Shown piece by piece: positions 61,109 through 64,000 of a DNA stretch of 64,000 bases. Numbering within the stretch: position 1 is the first letter of the stretch; the number at the start of each line of letters is the position of its first letter. The position numbers were made by a program, and so were the translations under genes. A model generated the notes under the pieces. The model was not told the origin of the DNA, did no database searches, and worked only from the letters and a program-made list of their open reading frames with translations. Origin of the DNA: the human T2T-CHM13v2.0 reference genome, Homo sapiens; assembly GCF_009914755.1 (NCBI RefSeq), contig NC_060927.1. One strand, given 5' to 3'.

Positions 61109-63376
61109 TATATAAAGTCTGGGGGAAAAAAAACTAAAAGTTCACACAAAAATGTGAGTGCCTCACTTTTGTGATTGGATTTAGGGAGTTTTTTTAACAT
61201 CTGTATTTTCTGAGTTATTTTTAATATATTGCATGACTATGTCTTGGATAATATGTATGTTTATAAGGTGAATAGAATAAATGTTAAAAGTCTCAGTGTT
61301 ACATCTCCTCAGTCTTATGAATCCTAGACAGTTGAGGGGAGGGTGTAGAAACAAACATTTTAGAGATTTTTTTTTTTTGGTAGATCCTGATGCACTCACT
61401 GACAAACTCAGGTGAACTCTGTTTGGGGTGGGAGTGGGGGCCTAATTTTAATTACACGACTAATGCCTTAAATGGTAGAAACAATTTTCCTTCATTTTTT
61501 AGGAGAGTAATCATCAAATATATTAAAGAATGAAAGAATAGCTTCATAATGGGCAGATCAGATAATAAAATGTTAAGAGTTTTCTGAATGCGTAGTAAGT
61601 GTTCATTACCTCAATGAAAACATTGGTCTTCTGAAATCCAAAAGGAAAAATGCCCTAAGGTTGCTGAAATGACTCGTGTTGCTAACTACTCAGCAGAACA
61701 CAGTGTGAAAAGATGTCAAACTACTGCCCTTCCCTGATGAGCATTCTGTTTTAAAGGTAATGTGACCTGCAATGATTATTTTCCCCAAATTGTACATTGA
61801 TGTATTAATACGTTAAATAATACAGTTTCTATCAATTGCTAAGGTAGTCTCTATGACATCAGGTGTTACCTAGGAAAATGCATTATTCTACAGGAAAACC
61901 ATGTTGTTTAAGGAGCATTTACTTAGATATACTGTCTCCTTTCTCTTAGGTGATTATAACTATGTTCTGAAAAAAGAAAAAAAAATAATAAGGCAACCAC
62001 TCAGCCAAGCATGTGAGTAGCAATTAAGGAGATAACTAGGTATTTATAGAAGAATATAATTATCAATTTAAACTCAATTTGCTTTTTCAATGCCACTAAC
62101 CATATTCGTGTGACATATGCTTTATAGTCACATGATTACATTTCTCAAACAAAATGATAAGCAAGACGTTCAGATAGTGGAAAGCATAATTAAAATTGAG
62201 GCAGTCCCTTCACTGTATTTATGGCCAGCCATCCAAATCCAGCTAACCTGAAAAAATTTTTCATCCTAGCTATAGATACTTTTTCAATAGTGTTTGAATT
62301 ATATGAAAAAAAAAACGGTATGTGGAAAAGGGGAATGCTCCAATACCTCTCCTCTGTCCTTTATTCCTTTAAAAAATATATTTAGTATAGAGGTGTTCAA
62401 ATTACAACATATGTTTTTGACTTCAACATAGAAACTGTGCACACAGTGACTGTAATCTAGCTTGGGCAATGATGAGTTAGCATGGGTCAGAAATGTTAAG
62501 AGAGATAAGCACCGTACATTTGTGGCAAGTTGTACATACTTTCTTAGCTAGAGGTTAGGAAAAGGCTGAATGACAAATAAAATGTTCAGGGATTCTGCGG
62601 ACTATAACCTTCACATTCAGAAACTATTATGGCAGGCTTTCATATCCTGAGGGCTTGTTTTACTCAAGAAGAAGGTAGTGAGCAACAGATCAAAATTTGA
62701 GTTCAGTTAATTAGGTGGCAAACATTTTACTAATTAGGGAACATATCTCAAGGGCAACAGATAGAGAAATGGTAATAAAACAAAAGTGATTTTTCTATGC
62801 ATAATAGAAAATTCATCATTTAAGAAAAATACATTCTTAAGAAACTTGAAACCAAAAAATTGTGGGGCAGATGCAATAGCAATGTTTAAGAAATGAGTAG
62901 ACTTTGTAAATAGCAAGGCCAAACATTGGCTCTTCTTCAAATGATGAGGAGTTAGTACATGGTACAAGTTGACAAGGTATAGAATAAGACAATTTTTTAA
63001 ATATGATTTTCTAACATAGTGAAGTCAAGAGAGGCAGTAGTGAAAAGTGCATAAATCTGAGAGTTAAAAATCCAGTGTGCCATTGTACTAAGCTGTGTTG
63101 CTAACTCATTCTGGGGATTCAGCCAGCAAATTTATCTTTTCAAGACCGATTCCTCCTCTATAGTATGAGATGACGGGATTAGATAACTTTTTTAACTTCA
63201 GGAATTATTTTCTTTATGGATGCTTGTTGTTGCACTAAAACAAAACATCATTTTCTCTAACCTGATGTTAAGTAAAATCACTCTTGAACTTAATAAATAA
63301 AAAGTACTTTTAAAGTTGAGTAATTATAAGATGGACTCAACATTTAATGTAATATAATCTTTAAAATTTATAGCAC

Positions 63377-63743
63377 TGTATTATTCCATGTTCATGCTGC
63401 TAATAAAGACATACCCATGACTGAGTAATTTACACAGGAAAAGGATTTGTCAGACTTACAGTTCCATGTGTCTGGGGAAGCCTCACAGTCATGGTGGAAG
63501 GCAAGGAGGAGCAAGTCACATTTTATGTGGATGGCAGAAGGCAAAGAGAGCCAAGCAAAAGGAGTTTCTCCTTATAAAATCATCAGATCTCATGAGACTT
63601 ATTCTCTACCACAAGAATAGTATGGGAGAAACCACCCCCATGATTCAATTATCTCCCACTGGGTCTCTCCCACAACATGTGGGAATTATGGGAGTACAAT
63701 TCATGATGAAATTTGGGTGGGGACACAGTGCCAAAACATATCA
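63377..63743 (-). mobile_element. THE1B/C LTR
   Basis: catgctgctaataaagacataccc...cccccatgattcaattatctcccactggg...gggtggggacacagtgccaaaacatatca. Confidence 0.92.
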
Positions 63744-64000
63744 TTCTTCCCCAGCCCCTCCCAAATCTCATGTCCTAACATCTCAAAACCAATCATGCCT
63801 TCCCAACAGTCCTCCAAAGTCTTAACTAATTTCAACATTAACTCAAAAGTCCACAGTCTAAAGTCTCAACTGAGACAAGGCAAGTCCTTTCCATCTATGA
63901 GCCTGCAAAACCAAAAGCAAGTTAGTTAGTTACTTCCTAGGTACAATGTGGGTACAGGCATTGGGTAAAAACAGTCATTCTAAATGGGAGAAATTGGCCA
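63744..64000 (-). mobile_element. THE1 internal region (continues beyond the window)
   Basis: cccctcccaaatctcatgtcc...ccaatcatgccttcccaacagtcc...gagacaaggcaagtcc. Confidence 0.9.

Noticed and set aside
61930-61956. Other YAG|GT motifs (61949, ~55112, ~35469, ~9175)
   Set aside because: Weak donor halves and common in T-rich DNA
63030-63200. Possible MIR relic
   Set aside because: Too degenerate to support without an alignment

Overview
Primate (human-like) non-coding genomic DNA: AT-rich and dominated by interspersed repeats (L1PA/L1PB/L1M LINEs, about 12 Alus, MaLR LTRs of the THE1/MST/MLT1 groups, ERVL-type MLT2/MER21 elements, the DNA transposons Tigger1/2/3, MER47, MER30, MER107 and MADE1, L2/MIR relics, microsatellites). 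I find no intact protein-coding gene. Every recognisable ORF in the track is a broken L1 ORF1/ORF2 piece, an antisense frame of one, an Alu/LTR frame or a simple-repeat artefact. I cannot support a new multi-gene biological system here. The most interesting signals are structural. (i) Two locally templated insertions copied from about 2.1-2.3 kb away: a 167-bp inverted copy in an L1, and a 390-bp direct copy with GT..AG ends in a MER30 TIR. (ii) Several short fold-back/template-switch scars. (iii) Two twin-primed (5'-inverted) L1s, one with a probable short 3' transduction. (iv) A MADE1 hairpin carrying a miR-548-like 22-mer. (v) A small cluster of good + strand splice sites plus a minus-strand bias of retroelements, suggesting a + strand long intron or lncRNA. 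Repeat subfamily names come from recalled consensus sequences and need confirming with RepeatMasker/Dfam; identities were counted by hand.
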